Source: Candidatus Woesearchaeota archaeon (GTDB lineage: Archaea; Nanobdellota; Nanobdellia; Woesearchaeales; SKIA01). From it: a stretch of 44,980 bases of DNA. This document shows, in pieces, positions 9,001-17,322 of the stretch. A program made the translations under genes and the position numbers. Under the pieces are notes generated by a model, which saw only the letters and a program-made list of their open reading frames with translations, was not told where the DNA came from and did no database searches. Position 1 is the first letter of the stretch. Each line of letters opens with the position of its first letter. Location: NCBI GenBank assembly GCA_007117065.1, contig SKHI01000010.1, positions 1 to 44,980 on the forward strand, written 5' to 3'.

Positions 9001-9623
9001 ATGTGTGCGCTTGTGAGAGCTATTTGTTCTTGTTCAGACCAGCCTATTTGCGCAATACGAAGACCAGGTATATCCTCACAACGCAAATCTACATAAAAGA
9101 GTTCTCCTCGTATCAGGGGAAACATATTTGAAAAGTCCGGTACTGAGTGTGCACGGTGATTGTTATCTGATACGAGTCTATTCCAGGAGTTAATGTCGTT
9201 TGGTGAATGCGGTCTCCAGTAACAGCGAGTACTTATTGCAGTAGACACTTCTAAAGAATACGAACCTGCTCTACTCATTCCTCCTTGTGATGGCTCTACG
9301 AGTGTTATTTGTGGTTGCGATACAGTAATGAACAGCTCGTGGACTGCAGGGTTATTTAGTTGATCCGCTGCTTGTAGGAGATATCGATGTGTTCCGTAGA
9401 GAAGGAGTATTTGTTGCATGGATACAGTATTTTCTTGTGCAGTTACTTGTGGGAAAAATACTCCTGGGTGTTGATATAGTATTGCTTGCGGGTTCATTAT
9501 TGTCTCTTGATAGTCCGCTCGTATCGTATTATGTGGTTCTATGGGAAGTATTTCTATTGCCAGTGCTGATTGTACGAACACAAAAAAAAGGCATATGGAT
9601 ATACTTATTCGTAAGAGGTTCAT
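6027..9623 (-). CDS. Giant type I membrane surface protein (1198 aa): Sec signal, tandem Ig-like modules, Cys-rich repeats, TM helix, K/E-rich tail
   Basis: Signal MNLLRISISICLFFVFVQSALA. At least six ~90-100 aa modules each have a Cys pair (e.g. TITIQTEQQSTCRVEG...TIALVCTN; TLALQTQFPSNCVLTQ...YFSVTCTD). D-x-AGN/KNNN strand motifs. C-terminal TM VFPLIFIILGLLLISGGGGYIYY (6234-6302) and tail ...LREEAKKKREEERKSKREQLVKEFE. Confidence 0.9.
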   Translation of the reverse strand: MNLLRISISICLFFVFVQSALAIEILPIEPHNTIRADYQETIMNPQAILYQHPGVFFPQVTAQENTVSMQQILLLYGTHRYLLQAADQLNNPAVHELFITVSQPQITLVEPSQGGMSRAGSYSLEVSTAISTRCYWRPHSPNDINSWNRLVSDNNHRAHSVPDFSNMFPLIRGELFYVDLRCEDIPGLRIAQIGWSEQEQIALTSAHITQWPPISLPQEHTTITIQTEQQSTCRVEGTNQHSIDRNTHTFSAQGGTTIALVCTNAHGTILPRREYIVATHPQSTPFTMRILSPDITQTFSYQLIVQTNKPARCTHDQQGEQRLGALQQQTLHQQALVLTGTTNNIRVTCVYGEETITIPHPVRVQQTPLELQSVQAYSCQDTTVITAQSPQNTRYLLIQYIQAGAVQQEALRAYTGEPIRHPIGLQGQTLHVRAINELGVVGNPMQTVIQAPNSEACAYPRPQDISIVSPRNGVAVEPFTLALQTQFPSNCVLTQNPEIQFTPNQVAIRHTLHEAIELIGIQRGETTYFSVTCTDFTDQSTTKNLRILYDLPEPTFTLSANPAIVTSLQNPHSTILIEADQYVECYEGESAQGRTPLARTAEIEFSIPPNGKTITITCENPHQRKATNQITVHAEYPVTNQIIPLETIVEERQVTLRADTTRPANCRAVFSNTEIPLFSQTGFTHRATQIFSEGVYDFVFVCSERETLCEACPPNPCRGENPPDSCFIEFCGEEITPECREEYLAKETTSQEQNFIVDITPPTIEFNGEQLTCGLTSYTVSALVTDNIPNNIEEIIIQFIGINYTVQSLPHTLTSLELVSGEEYELRIWAIDKNNNKAGPKVISVRAQSRETGSCDTVPPIARLHTINETVQSKTLQVICQDDISCASTYRKGIVAPNAACEYSEHTFPAAEDSMTRFGERFTITETSRICVEVSDHAGNIAQQEIRVTIPEYLSHCSNGIQDADETGVDCGGSCPACPPIGSDLEHQQQLCSNGEQNQGQTDIDCGGAFCPKCEVGKKCVTNFDCASGSCRGGICAEPSCTDGIRNGDETGIDCGGSCPNACAQGQGCRTDSDCQGSLICSTGTCTDRPLQQPRLDEPFPIQESRSVFPLIFIILGLLLISGGGGYIYYEKQQESTSRTSFRPPQTTYQPTQQSTILQQQKTEPEIDLATSKLREEAKKKREEERKSKREQLVKEFE
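6360..6758 (-). repeat. Three tandem protein-level Cys-rich repeats, C-x-[ND]-G-x-[QR]-[DN]-x-x-[EQ]-T-x-[VI]-D-C-G-G-x(1,2)-C; the last two are followed by C-x4-DC-x-SG-x-C-x2-G-x-C modules
   Basis: HCSNGIQDADETGVDCGGSCPACP / LCSNGEQNQGQTDIDCGGAFCPKCEVGKKCVTNFDCASGSCRGGICAEP / SCTDGIRNGDETGIDCGGSCPNACAQGQGCRTDSDCQGSLICSTGTCTD. Coordinates were counted back from the stop codon. Confidence 0.8.
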
Positions 9624-12553
9624 TCTGCGCTAAACTCCGGCCGTTCTGGTCCTGTAAAGTCTTCCTCAATACGAGTAAGAGTGAGCGGTGTCGCTTGAAG
9701 TCCGTTTACATCCACACAGATAAATCTTGTTTGCCCGCTTCCTGTAAGCAGCTGGTTTTGTGCAGTGAGTGTTTCTCCGTTCATGGTTATTCGCTCTACA
9801 GGCGCTGTGAATGTTCCTGGTGTTTCTTCATCTCCATGAACAGGAGTTTTTCTACAACGCACAGATATTGATAACCCTTCTTCAGGTACTGCTACTGTTT
9901 GGCTTTGCGTAATGAGTGTTTCTTGTCCGTCTAGAATTGTTGTTATTTCTATTCTTGGCGGTTGCGCGTCTACTGCAAAAGTGATATCTGGTCCTCTTGC
10001 TGCTTCTGTTCCGAAGAAACATCGCGTAGGATAACGATAAAACCCTGACTCAGTAATTGTCTTTGTTCGCGTATATGCTTGCCACGGTCCTGAATATCCG
10101 TTAATAATAATGTTTTGCGGTTGTCCAGTTGGTTGCATAGTAATCCATTCGGTTCCATCTCTGTATTGACAAATTCCTTCCAGTTCCCCTCCTACTGCCT
10201 TATGTATTCCTAGCGTTCTTGTTCCGGGAGGATATGCGGGGTTTGTCAGGAATGGTAAGCTTCTTTGCACGCGTGCGTCAAGATGTATGGTTACTGGAAG
10301 GTCTTTACGAATGGTCGTTGTACCTTGTTTACAAATTACTTCATATGAATATGTTCCTTCTTGATGGGTGTTTATGAATTGGAATCGGTCATTACTTGTT
10401 CCTGCGTGCATTGTTGTTCCTGATAGTTTTAGTTCACAAAATGCTCTTCTATTTGTTTGCCATGAAATACGTATTTGGCTACTATTAGCCCATGGATAAT
10501 TTTGTATTACTTCATAATTGGGCTCTTCTATAAACAGTAATCCTTCAGGAATCAGCAAGGTTACCTCTCGTACTTCTTCTCTGTTATCATTCATATCTTG
10601 GCTAAAGTATCGTAAACAATATTCTCCAGGTTCTGTTATATCTGAAAGATTAAATATTCCTCTACTTCGGTCTACCAATCCTGTGCTTTCAAACTCATCA
10701 TGTTCTAATCCCTCACATCTTTGTTCGTACACTCGAGCATATGTTCGAAATACTTGGACGTTATCTGTTGCTGCGAAGCGAATGATTGGTTGTACACTTT
10801 CTATTGCGTTCGTGTTTGTGAGAAGTGTTGTTTGCGGGTTTTGAAAATCAGTGAGTCGTGCTCGAGTTTGACTAAGACCCGATGGATCTGCTCGACAAAC
10901 ATTGTTACTCCAGATACACTTTGGAAGGTCAAACCGATTCTGGCTTTCTCGTATGGGTATGTTTGTTCTTCTATCCAGTTGAAATGGTGTTCCTCCGTGA
11001 CAAGCATCAGGTGTTTCGAATTGGTCGCAGAAAAGCATGTCGTTTCTGTTTCGACATCTATTATCAAGCCACATACATTGTTCTCCTAGAGAGTCGCATG
11101 TTTGTTCTGAATATGCTTGACTACACTGTATGAGTTCCGGTCTGGAGCTGACACAGAAATCTACTTCATTATTCCACTCGCAACCATGTCGTACTAAGCA
11201 TGGATTGTTATCGCATGCTCGTTGAGAATTGTACGTGCTACAACTCGTTACTTGTGAGCAGCTGTTATATTCTTGAAGTATCGTTGTGGTAAAGTCAAGG
11301 TAACAGAGTCCAAAGCGCTCCTGACCAATTTGAAAACGTTCTAATTCGCTACAGAGAACTGATTCATGTTCAGTATTTCCTATAGTAAAGCTGATTCTAT
11401 TTTCACTTACTTCTCCAAAACTTTGGTGTGCTTTATTACAATCTGAACAGGGTACTTCGTTTACGCAGAGTGCGCGAACATCTCCTGCTTCACTCGCTGT
11501 AACGCACTTTAATCCAGTTCCACAAGATATTTCTTGGGCAATGTTTTGTAGGTTACAGTTTATTGCAAGATTTGCGTTTTGACAGTACGCCACTACTCCG
11601 TCCGTACATGCAGCATCTCCTGGGTTGAATGTTCTTTGGATGGTTCTTACTTGTTCTTGACCAGAAATACTATAGGTTACAGAAAGGATTACTTCGTACT
11701 CTGTTTCAGCATTAAAGTTCTCTACAACAATAGTGTCACTCATTGCTCCAGGAGTGAATGCGTATACCCCTGGAATAAACAAGGAGATAGACTGTATTTC
11801 TAAGGCACATGTTTGGGGTATAGTATAGGTTATATTTGCATGCGGGAAACCATGAACATTGCGTACTGTCAGTCCAAGTTGTGGTATCTGCTCACATTCT
11901 GTTTCGGTGCACGATTGTTCTTGCGGATTACAGGTTCCTGGTTCGTAATCATTAACAGGGTCGTATAGGCATGTACATGCCGGCGTGCACTGTTGTGTTC
12001 TTCCAGTCGGAGCTTGCGGACAATGAGTTATATCCGTGCCGTCACAGATAATGCCTTGGTCTGGGTATGCTATGCCGTCTCCACACAACTCTCCTATATC
12101 TCCTGGTGGCGGTGTTGGTGTTGTTGGACAGGTTGTTCCTTCAACGATGCTTCCCATACAACAAACAAATCCCGAAGTAATAACTTCCATTCCACACAAA
12201 CAGTTTGTTCCTCCTTCAGAACAATTAGGTATTGCTGGTGGTGGTGGACAATCATCTTCTCCAAATTCGCCTGCTACACTATTACAAAACGCTCGTGTCA
12301 CATCAAGTATAGTCTCCCCGGTTCCCAGGGTGCAACACCCTTCTGTACAAAGATTGATTCCTTCCTCTTGTCCAGGGCCGTAATAAATACCTCCTTGCTC
12401 GGCACATACCTCTTGGCCAATGTTTTCTATACATGCTCCTTCTACAATACAGTAGCTTGGAAGGATGATTATTTGTTCATCGAGCGCAGTTACAAAAGAG
12501 GGTGCTAGTAGGAGCATTATTGCCAGCACCCATAGTATTTTTGTGTGTATCAT
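9620..12553 (-). CDS. Large Cys-rich secreted protein (977 aa)
   Basis: Signal MIHTKILWVLAIMLLLAPSFVTALD. The N-terminal ~220 aa are very Cys-dense (CC, CLCG, VCCMG) with a PTTPTPPP linker. The C-terminal third has Cys-paired Ig-like modules like those of the 1198 aa neighbour (FCELKLSG...YEVICKQG; ICQYRDG...PTRCFFG). ATGA overlaps at both ends. Confidence 0.9.
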   Translation of the reverse strand: MIHTKILWVLAIMLLLAPSFVTALDEQIIILPSYCIVEGACIENIGQEVCAEQGGIYYGPGQEEGINLCTEGCCTLGTGETILDVTRAFCNSVAGEFGEDDCPPPPAIPNCSEGGTNCLCGMEVITSGFVCCMGSIVEGTTCPTTPTPPPGDIGELCGDGIAYPDQGIICDGTDITHCPQAPTGRTQQCTPACTCLYDPVNDYEPGTCNPQEQSCTETECEQIPQLGLTVRNVHGFPHANITYTIPQTCALEIQSISLFIPGVYAFTPGAMSDTIVVENFNAETEYEVILSVTYSISGQEQVRTIQRTFNPGDAACTDGVVAYCQNANLAINCNLQNIAQEISCGTGLKCVTASEAGDVRALCVNEVPCSDCNKAHQSFGEVSENRISFTIGNTEHESVLCSELERFQIGQERFGLCYLDFTTTILQEYNSCSQVTSCSTYNSQRACDNNPCLVRHGCEWNNEVDFCVSSRPELIQCSQAYSEQTCDSLGEQCMWLDNRCRNRNDMLFCDQFETPDACHGGTPFQLDRRTNIPIRESQNRFDLPKCIWSNNVCRADPSGLSQTRARLTDFQNPQTTLLTNTNAIESVQPIIRFAATDNVQVFRTYARVYEQRCEGLEHDEFESTGLVDRSRGIFNLSDITEPGEYCLRYFSQDMNDNREEVREVTLLIPEGLLFIEEPNYEVIQNYPWANSSQIRISWQTNRRAFCELKLSGTTMHAGTSNDRFQFINTHQEGTYSYEVICKQGTTTIRKDLPVTIHLDARVQRSLPFLTNPAYPPGTRTLGIHKAVGGELEGICQYRDGTEWITMQPTGQPQNIIINGYSGPWQAYTRTKTITESGFYRYPTRCFFGTEAARGPDITFAVDAQPPRIEITTILDGQETLITQSQTVAVPEEGLSISVRCRKTPVHGDEETPGTFTAPVERITMNGETLTAQNQLLTGSGQTRFICVDVNGLQATPLTLTRIEEDFTGPERPEFSAE

Positions 12554-13584
12554 GGTAACGATGTTGAGCAGCTTAAACTGAACCTTGTTTCTATACCGTG
12601 TAGGTCTTTTATAGTTATCGGATTATAAGACTCGCAATGATTTGGTCCTGCGTTTTCATTCACCCTAAATGCGTATCTATTTTCTGTCAGGTGTGAAAAA
12701 TATTGTTTTTCTCCGATTGTTGAGGAAACAAATAGTTCATCTCCATCTAGTGAGATGAGAGTCACTGTGCATCCATCAACACAACTTATTAGTCCATTAG
12801 GAGATACTATGTCATTGTCTTCGTTTACGATAAGTATTCCTCTATTTGCGAGACGTATTGTGGTAACGTGTTCTCCTGCTACAACTACTGAGTATCTTTT
12901 TGTTCCGTCTGACTCATTTCCTATATAACTAAATTCGGTCGTTCTACATTGATCACAGCCTTGCAATGCTATTGATCTTGTCTCATTTAGGAAGTGAGAA
13001 GTGTTTGTGAGTTCTTGCTGTAGGAGTGCGCGAATTCCTGCCCACGCGCTAAATAAGTGCGTTTGTTCTGTTCGCGTTATATCATTCCAGCGCACTAATA
13101 TGCTATCTCGCTGTATGATTACTTCTGGCAAAGAGCTTATTTCGGTGCATCTCTGCATGTGGTCGCGTATTGCGGCTTGCATGCTTGTTTGTATGCTTGG
13201 TTGATTGGCTGTTTCTATACCATAATTCATTATTCCGCAGCTCGCCAGGGGTACGCTTTGTAAAGCGTTTGCTCCTGTTTTTGAACAGAGTGGAACAAAA
13301 TTTCCTCTCCCCATAATATATATTTCTGAATCTTCAATATACTTTGTTGGGATATGCGCTCCTCGTGCATCAGTGGTAATCACTCCTTCATCTCGTAATG
13401 AAGCTAGTGCTTGCTGCGTGCTTGCTGCAAGACAGCTTCGAAGAAAATTTTCTTCAAGACCGGCTATCTCTACCGGAGCAGTTTCTTCTTGTCTCGACTC
13501 AGATACAATAAGTATGAGTACGGATACAGACAGTAAGAGTGTTAAGCCGATGATGAGAAACATGCTTATTTGTGCTCGTCTCAT
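12550..13584 (-). CDS. Archaeal type IV pilin-like protein with large head domain (344 aa)
   Basis: MRRAQISMFLIIGLTLLLSVSVLILIV closely resembles the class III signal consensus (R-G/A-Q-I-S-hydrophobic). ATGA overlaps at both ends. Confidence 0.8.
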   Translation of the reverse strand: MRRAQISMFLIIGLTLLLSVSVLILIVSESRQEETAPVEIAGLEENFLRSCLAASTQQALASLRDEGVITTDARGAHIPTKYIEDSEIYIMGRGNFVPLCSKTGANALQSVPLASCGIMNYGIETANQPSIQTSMQAAIRDHMQRCTEISSLPEVIIQRDSILVRWNDITRTEQTHLFSAWAGIRALLQQELTNTSHFLNETRSIALQGCDQCRTTEFSYIGNESDGTKRYSVVVAGEHVTTIRLANRGILIVNEDNDIVSPNGLISCVDGCTVTLISLDGDELFVSSTIGEKQYFSHLTENRYAFRVNENAGPNHCESYNPITIKDLHGIETRFSLSCSTSLP

Positions 13585-14765
13585 CTTGTTGTTCTATCCT
13601 GTATAATCCGGGACCACTCACGCGCAGAATAACAAAGTGGTTCTTCTTGTACACCAATTATTTCTTTTCCTTGTGGACAGAGCGAACCCGCTACGAAATC
13701 AACAGAAGCAATATTTGTTGTTGAACTCCCTATCATGCTTCTTCGTTGTTCAATAAAGAACTGTCCTGCTGCTGTAGAGGAAACTTCTGCGTTTGACCGA
13801 CCAAATAATCCACCAAGCCAACTCCAAGCTCGTCGCACCCCCGTACCTCCTAAGTGATCCGCATTCGTGTATATGATTGCTCTTGGTGAACTGCTTTCAG
13901 CAAAAGATAATTCCGCTTCCTTGAGATATGGAAATGACCTTCCCAGATCCACAGATTGATTTATGAAATCATCATAGTCTATTGGCGCGTTGGGATGCAT
14001 TATTCTTATTTGGTCAAAAAGATCTTGTCCAGAGGCATCTTCTTGTAAGAATGCACCTATAAGTATTCTTCCCGACTGTTGGAACGTAAGCTGGCAATAC
14101 CCTTGACTATCCGCATCAGGTCTATTTATAGAATCTGTAATATCAGTGCTACAATGCAATGTGAACGGAGTGTTTTCAGCAACATTACCGAGACGAAGAA
14201 TTTCATTCGCTAGAGGAATTAATTTACTACCCCAAGTTGCGCTCGTAGCTCCTTCTTCAAGGACGCAAAGATAGTCAGACTGTACAGTGCCTACAGGAAC
14301 ACACCCTGTTGTTACTGCGCACAAGTGTGCTGGACAATGCGAAGTACGTAGACTTGGAGGAGGACGTAATTTTTCTGTTGCGCGAACTACTTCCCCATCA
14401 TGGCAAGCAAATCGTTCATAATTAACACCTGCCGCAGTTCCATTCATAATAAGGGTTTCGACATCACTTCTCCAAACCCATGAATCTTCATAATATACGC
14501 ATGTACGAGTTGAACCAGCAGCTAGTTCTGTACATACAGAATTTTGTTGAATAAAATTATCATCTACATCCCAGATGGTTCCACACAGATGCACTATTCC
14601 ATCAACAAGAAGTCCGCTTGCTGTTGTATTACCTCCTGGAGGGTGCATTCCAGTCAGATTATTCGTTTGGGGAATAGGCGGAAACTGTAGCGCGAAAACA
14701 GATCCTACAAAAAAAATACTTAACAAAAGTATTGTGCTTATTCGGAGAAAAATCGTTTGGTTCAT
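13581..14765 (-). CDS. Secreted hypothetical protein (394 aa)
   Basis: Sec-type signal MNQTIFLRISTILLLSIFFVGSVFALQ. Multiple Cys. ATGA overlaps at both ends. No family recognised. Confidence 0.8.
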   Translation of the reverse strand: MNQTIFLRISTILLLSIFFVGSVFALQFPPIPQTNNLTGMHPPGGNTTASGLLVDGIVHLCGTIWDVDDNFIQQNSVCTELAAGSTRTCVYYEDSWVWRSDVETLIMNGTAAGVNYERFACHDGEVVRATEKLRPPPSLRTSHCPAHLCAVTTGCVPVGTVQSDYLCVLEEGATSATWGSKLIPLANEILRLGNVAENTPFTLHCSTDITDSINRPDADSQGYCQLTFQQSGRILIGAFLQEDASGQDLFDQIRIMHPNAPIDYDDFINQSVDLGRSFPYLKEAELSFAESSSPRAIIYTNADHLGGTGVRRAWSWLGGLFGRSNAEVSSTAAGQFFIEQRRSMIGSSTTNIASVDFVAGSLCPQGKEIIGVQEEPLCYSAREWSRIIQDRTTR

Positions 14766-16705
14766 TCTTGAATCACCCCTGTTCGTGAGCGAGTTTCCAT
14801 AGGTATTGGTGTTTCTTGATTAAAAATAAACTGCCCATTAACACATGCTGAAGTTCCGCTTGGATCAATCCAATTAGAACTAAAAGAACAACATCGTTCT
14901 GTCAAATACCCTGCTCCATCTTCACCACAGAACCTTAGTGGACTCTCGCTCCACGTATTATCCAGCTCGCAGTAGAGACCATATTCTTTGTTGAAGCCAC
15001 AACCATCTGAATTTGATTCAGTACACGTAATACATTCCGCCCACTGTATGTCACCTGTTACAGGTTCTGAGTAGCAGATATTTCTTCCCACGTATAAGTA
15101 GCTTCTCTCCGAGAGATCCGGAGGATTTTCACAAATAAGCCATTTATTCGCATGAATATAAGGATGAATGATAACTTCTTCTGTCGAATATCCGTATTCG
15201 TTCCAGTTGTGACCTTTCGGTGGTTTTAGTTTATTGTTTTGACAATAATATCGTTGTGTTGGGTGCGGTTTATTGTCAAACGCAGATCCTTCTGTACAAC
15301 AGTAGTTTGAATCATCATCGGGTAATCGTTCGCCATCTAAACCATTTAGCGTACACGATACTGGCTTCCTATCCTTCCATATGTACTTACCAACATCAGT
15401 CAGAGAACAAACACGCACGTCCCCTGTATCTGTTGTTACCACACTATTAAATGTCTTAGCAGAACAACAATCCTGGTGCGATTGAATAGCATTGCCAAGC
15501 CAGTCTGTTTGTAAATAGGGATGGTTCTTGCAAGCCCATTCATTCTTTTCATCTTCATTTTTCACTAAATCAAACGCCACAGGCCCATACACATTTATAA
15601 TATCAAATGCCTCTGACAAAAGCATATTTGCTGTGCTTCCCGGTCGAACTGGCCGAACAGTTATGTCAATATTACCGCCTCTGTTTCCATCACGCAACAT
15701 AAACATCGATAAGAAGTACCATCCTTGTCTTAGCTCCTCTGGTGGAGGAAGTTGCAGATTACTGTTTCCTGACCGTAAATTGTCATCTGAATACCACGAA
15801 GATGGTATTCCGGCTCCGTCAGGCATCGTAGATGCTTTACGTTGAAAATCCCACTCCTGAGAAACATCCACATAAAATAGTTGTGCAGCATATTTTCCAT
15901 AATTAGACTCTATTCGTATATTAAACGGATTCACTGTTGGGTCCTCCAAGTAGAACCATGTGGAAAACGATTGCTGTGAAGGACGAGGATTTGTGTTCAC
16001 CTTTGGATGGGTTCGAAGATTAGTGGCGATATTCATTAGCTCTGTCGAGGAGCTATTCAATATTAAAATAGAATCATCGCTTCGTGAAATACCAATGTGA
16101 TTAGTATTTTTATGTTCTCGCCAGACCCACAAACCACCCATCCCAGAGCGAGGAGTTAGACTTTGATCATCATCACAAATAACATTACGACTCGTTTCTA
16201 TAACTCTATTCCCACAAAGACAAAAATCGCTCCCTCCATCTCTCCAAGAAGGCATAAAACTCACTATTATTGGACACATGGGCGGCTGCATCGTCCCTAT
16301 TCCTTCGTAAGGGTTATATTTCCTATTACCGCGCCTGTGTTCCTCCAGTATTTGTTGAGCATTCCAACTCGCGACTGCTCCAGAGCCATTATATTGACTA
16401 TGTCGAGGATCAATGGAACGTTCACCTTGATTATTAGAATAATCAACAAGCTCCATAGATTCACAACTATCTAAAGGTAGTGTTTCGGATCGCGCTCTGG
16501 CCTGACCACTTCCACCAATTGGTCTTGACCGTCTAAAACTTATACACGTTCCGAATTCAGGAATGTTTGTTTCAGACAACAATGGAAAACCAGTAATCTC
16601 ACTGTACAACTCAAAAACATCCCTATTCGAAGCTTCTGCTTGTGCAGGTATAAGAAGAAGTATTGCTATCGATAACAAAAGAAAAACGAGTAATCGCGCG
16701 TTCAT
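14762..16705 (-). CDS. Secreted Cys-rich hypothetical protein (647 aa), first gene of the operon
   Basis: Signal MNARLLVFLLLSIAILLLIPAQAEA. Cys-rich N- and C-terminal thirds flank a Cys-poor central region. TATA box 21-30 nt upstream of the ATG. Confidence 0.85.
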   Translation of the reverse strand: MNARLLVFLLLSIAILLLIPAQAEASNRDVFELYSEITGFPLLSETNIPEFGTCISFRRSRPIGGSGQARARSETLPLDSCESMELVDYSNNQGERSIDPRHSQYNGSGAVASWNAQQILEEHRRGNRKYNPYEGIGTMQPPMCPIIVSFMPSWRDGGSDFCLCGNRVIETSRNVICDDDQSLTPRSGMGGLWVWREHKNTNHIGISRSDDSILILNSSSTELMNIATNLRTHPKVNTNPRPSQQSFSTWFYLEDPTVNPFNIRIESNYGKYAAQLFYVDVSQEWDFQRKASTMPDGAGIPSSWYSDDNLRSGNSNLQLPPPEELRQGWYFLSMFMLRDGNRGGNIDITVRPVRPGSTANMLLSEAFDIINVYGPVAFDLVKNEDEKNEWACKNHPYLQTDWLGNAIQSHQDCCSAKTFNSVVTTDTGDVRVCSLTDVGKYIWKDRKPVSCTLNGLDGERLPDDDSNYCCTEGSAFDNKPHPTQRYYCQNNKLKPPKGHNWNEYGYSTEEVIIHPYIHANKWLICENPPDLSERSYLYVGRNICYSEPVTGDIQWAECITCTESNSDGCGFNKEYGLYCELDNTWSESPLRFCGEDGAGYLTERCCSFSSNWIDPSGTSACVNGQFIFNQETPIPMETRSRTGVIQE

Positions 16706-16725
16706 ATGCTACATATCAAGAATAT

Positions 16726-16735
16726 TATTTATAAA
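16726..16735 (-). promoter_or_regulatory. TATA box (TTTATAAATA on the minus strand) of the pilin-like mega-operon; purine-rich BRE-like stretch just upstream
   Basis: Lies 21-30 nt upstream of ATG 16705 in the only intergenic gap (16706-16754). The spacing implies a leaderless or near-leaderless transcript. Confidence 0.5.
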
Positions 16736-16754
16736 CATTTGTTTTTTTTCGCTT

Positions 16755-17291
16755 TTAGCGAATAATTCTGCGTATTCCTTCTGCAACGTATTCTTCTGAG
16801 TACCGTACTGCTGCTTGTTGCAAAAGTGTATCAAATACTATATTGTTTTTTGCAAGTATCTTGTCTTGCACTCCCATTGCCATCCAGAATGCGCGTAGTT
16901 GTTTCTCGTTTAGTAAGTCTCGTTCTTGTTTTGCTCCTGTTACAAAAAGTAATGGAACATTTTTTTTGTGCGCGATGCGTATTACTTGCAGGAGTCTTCC
17001 CAGAACTTCATGTGGATTTGTTGCTTCGCGCACTTCTGCATACGGTATGACATATACTTTTTGTGTGAGGAGGTCAAATATCTGCTGATTCGGTCCTCCT
17101 CTGTGATGAAAGAAATCTTTTTTTGCTTTGCTCACACCCCAGATACCATCTATATGTTCTTCTGCTCTGTCATAGTCTGTGCTAAATACCAGTAGTTTTT
17201 CTGGTATGCTTTGTTTGTGTATGAGCGCTACTTCTTCGCCTATAATGTATGTTTTGTAGTCTGCTCTTGGAAGGTAGCTTATGTCTTTCAT
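16755..17291 (-). CDS. Possible RNase P protein component 3 (Rpp30/Rnp3)-like protein (178 aa)
   Basis: The C-terminal pattern RLLQVIRIAHKKNVPLLFVTGAKQERDLLNEKQLRAFWMAMGV matches my recollection of archaeal Rpp30 (R..L....I.L..KY.V....[ST][SG]A....D.R.P.DL......G). It is shorter than typical Rpp30, and this is from memory only. Confidence 0.45.
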   Translation of the reverse strand: MKDISYLPRADYKTYIIGEEVALIHKQSIPEKLLVFSTDYDRAEEHIDGIWGVSKAKKDFFHHRGGPNQQIFDLLTQKVYVIPYAEVREATNPHEVLGRLLQVIRIAHKKNVPLLFVTGAKQERDLLNEKQLRAFWMAMGVQDKILAKNNIVFDTLLQQAAVRYSEEYVAEGIRRIIR

Positions 17292-17322
17292 GCAAACAGT
17301 TATATAGTTATCATTAAAAAAT

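Noticed and set aside
9389-12508. Plus-strand ORFs in the track that lie inside the giant minus-strand genes (e.g. 9389-9871, 10518-11133, 11993-12508, 12036-12383). Similar cases occur elsewhere (4661-5002, 18758-19183, 15528-15845).
   Set aside because: They are antisense shadow ORFs fully embedded in long, motif-rich genes. Their products are low-complexity or Cys/Ser/Leu-rich with no signals, motifs or upstream TATA/SD.
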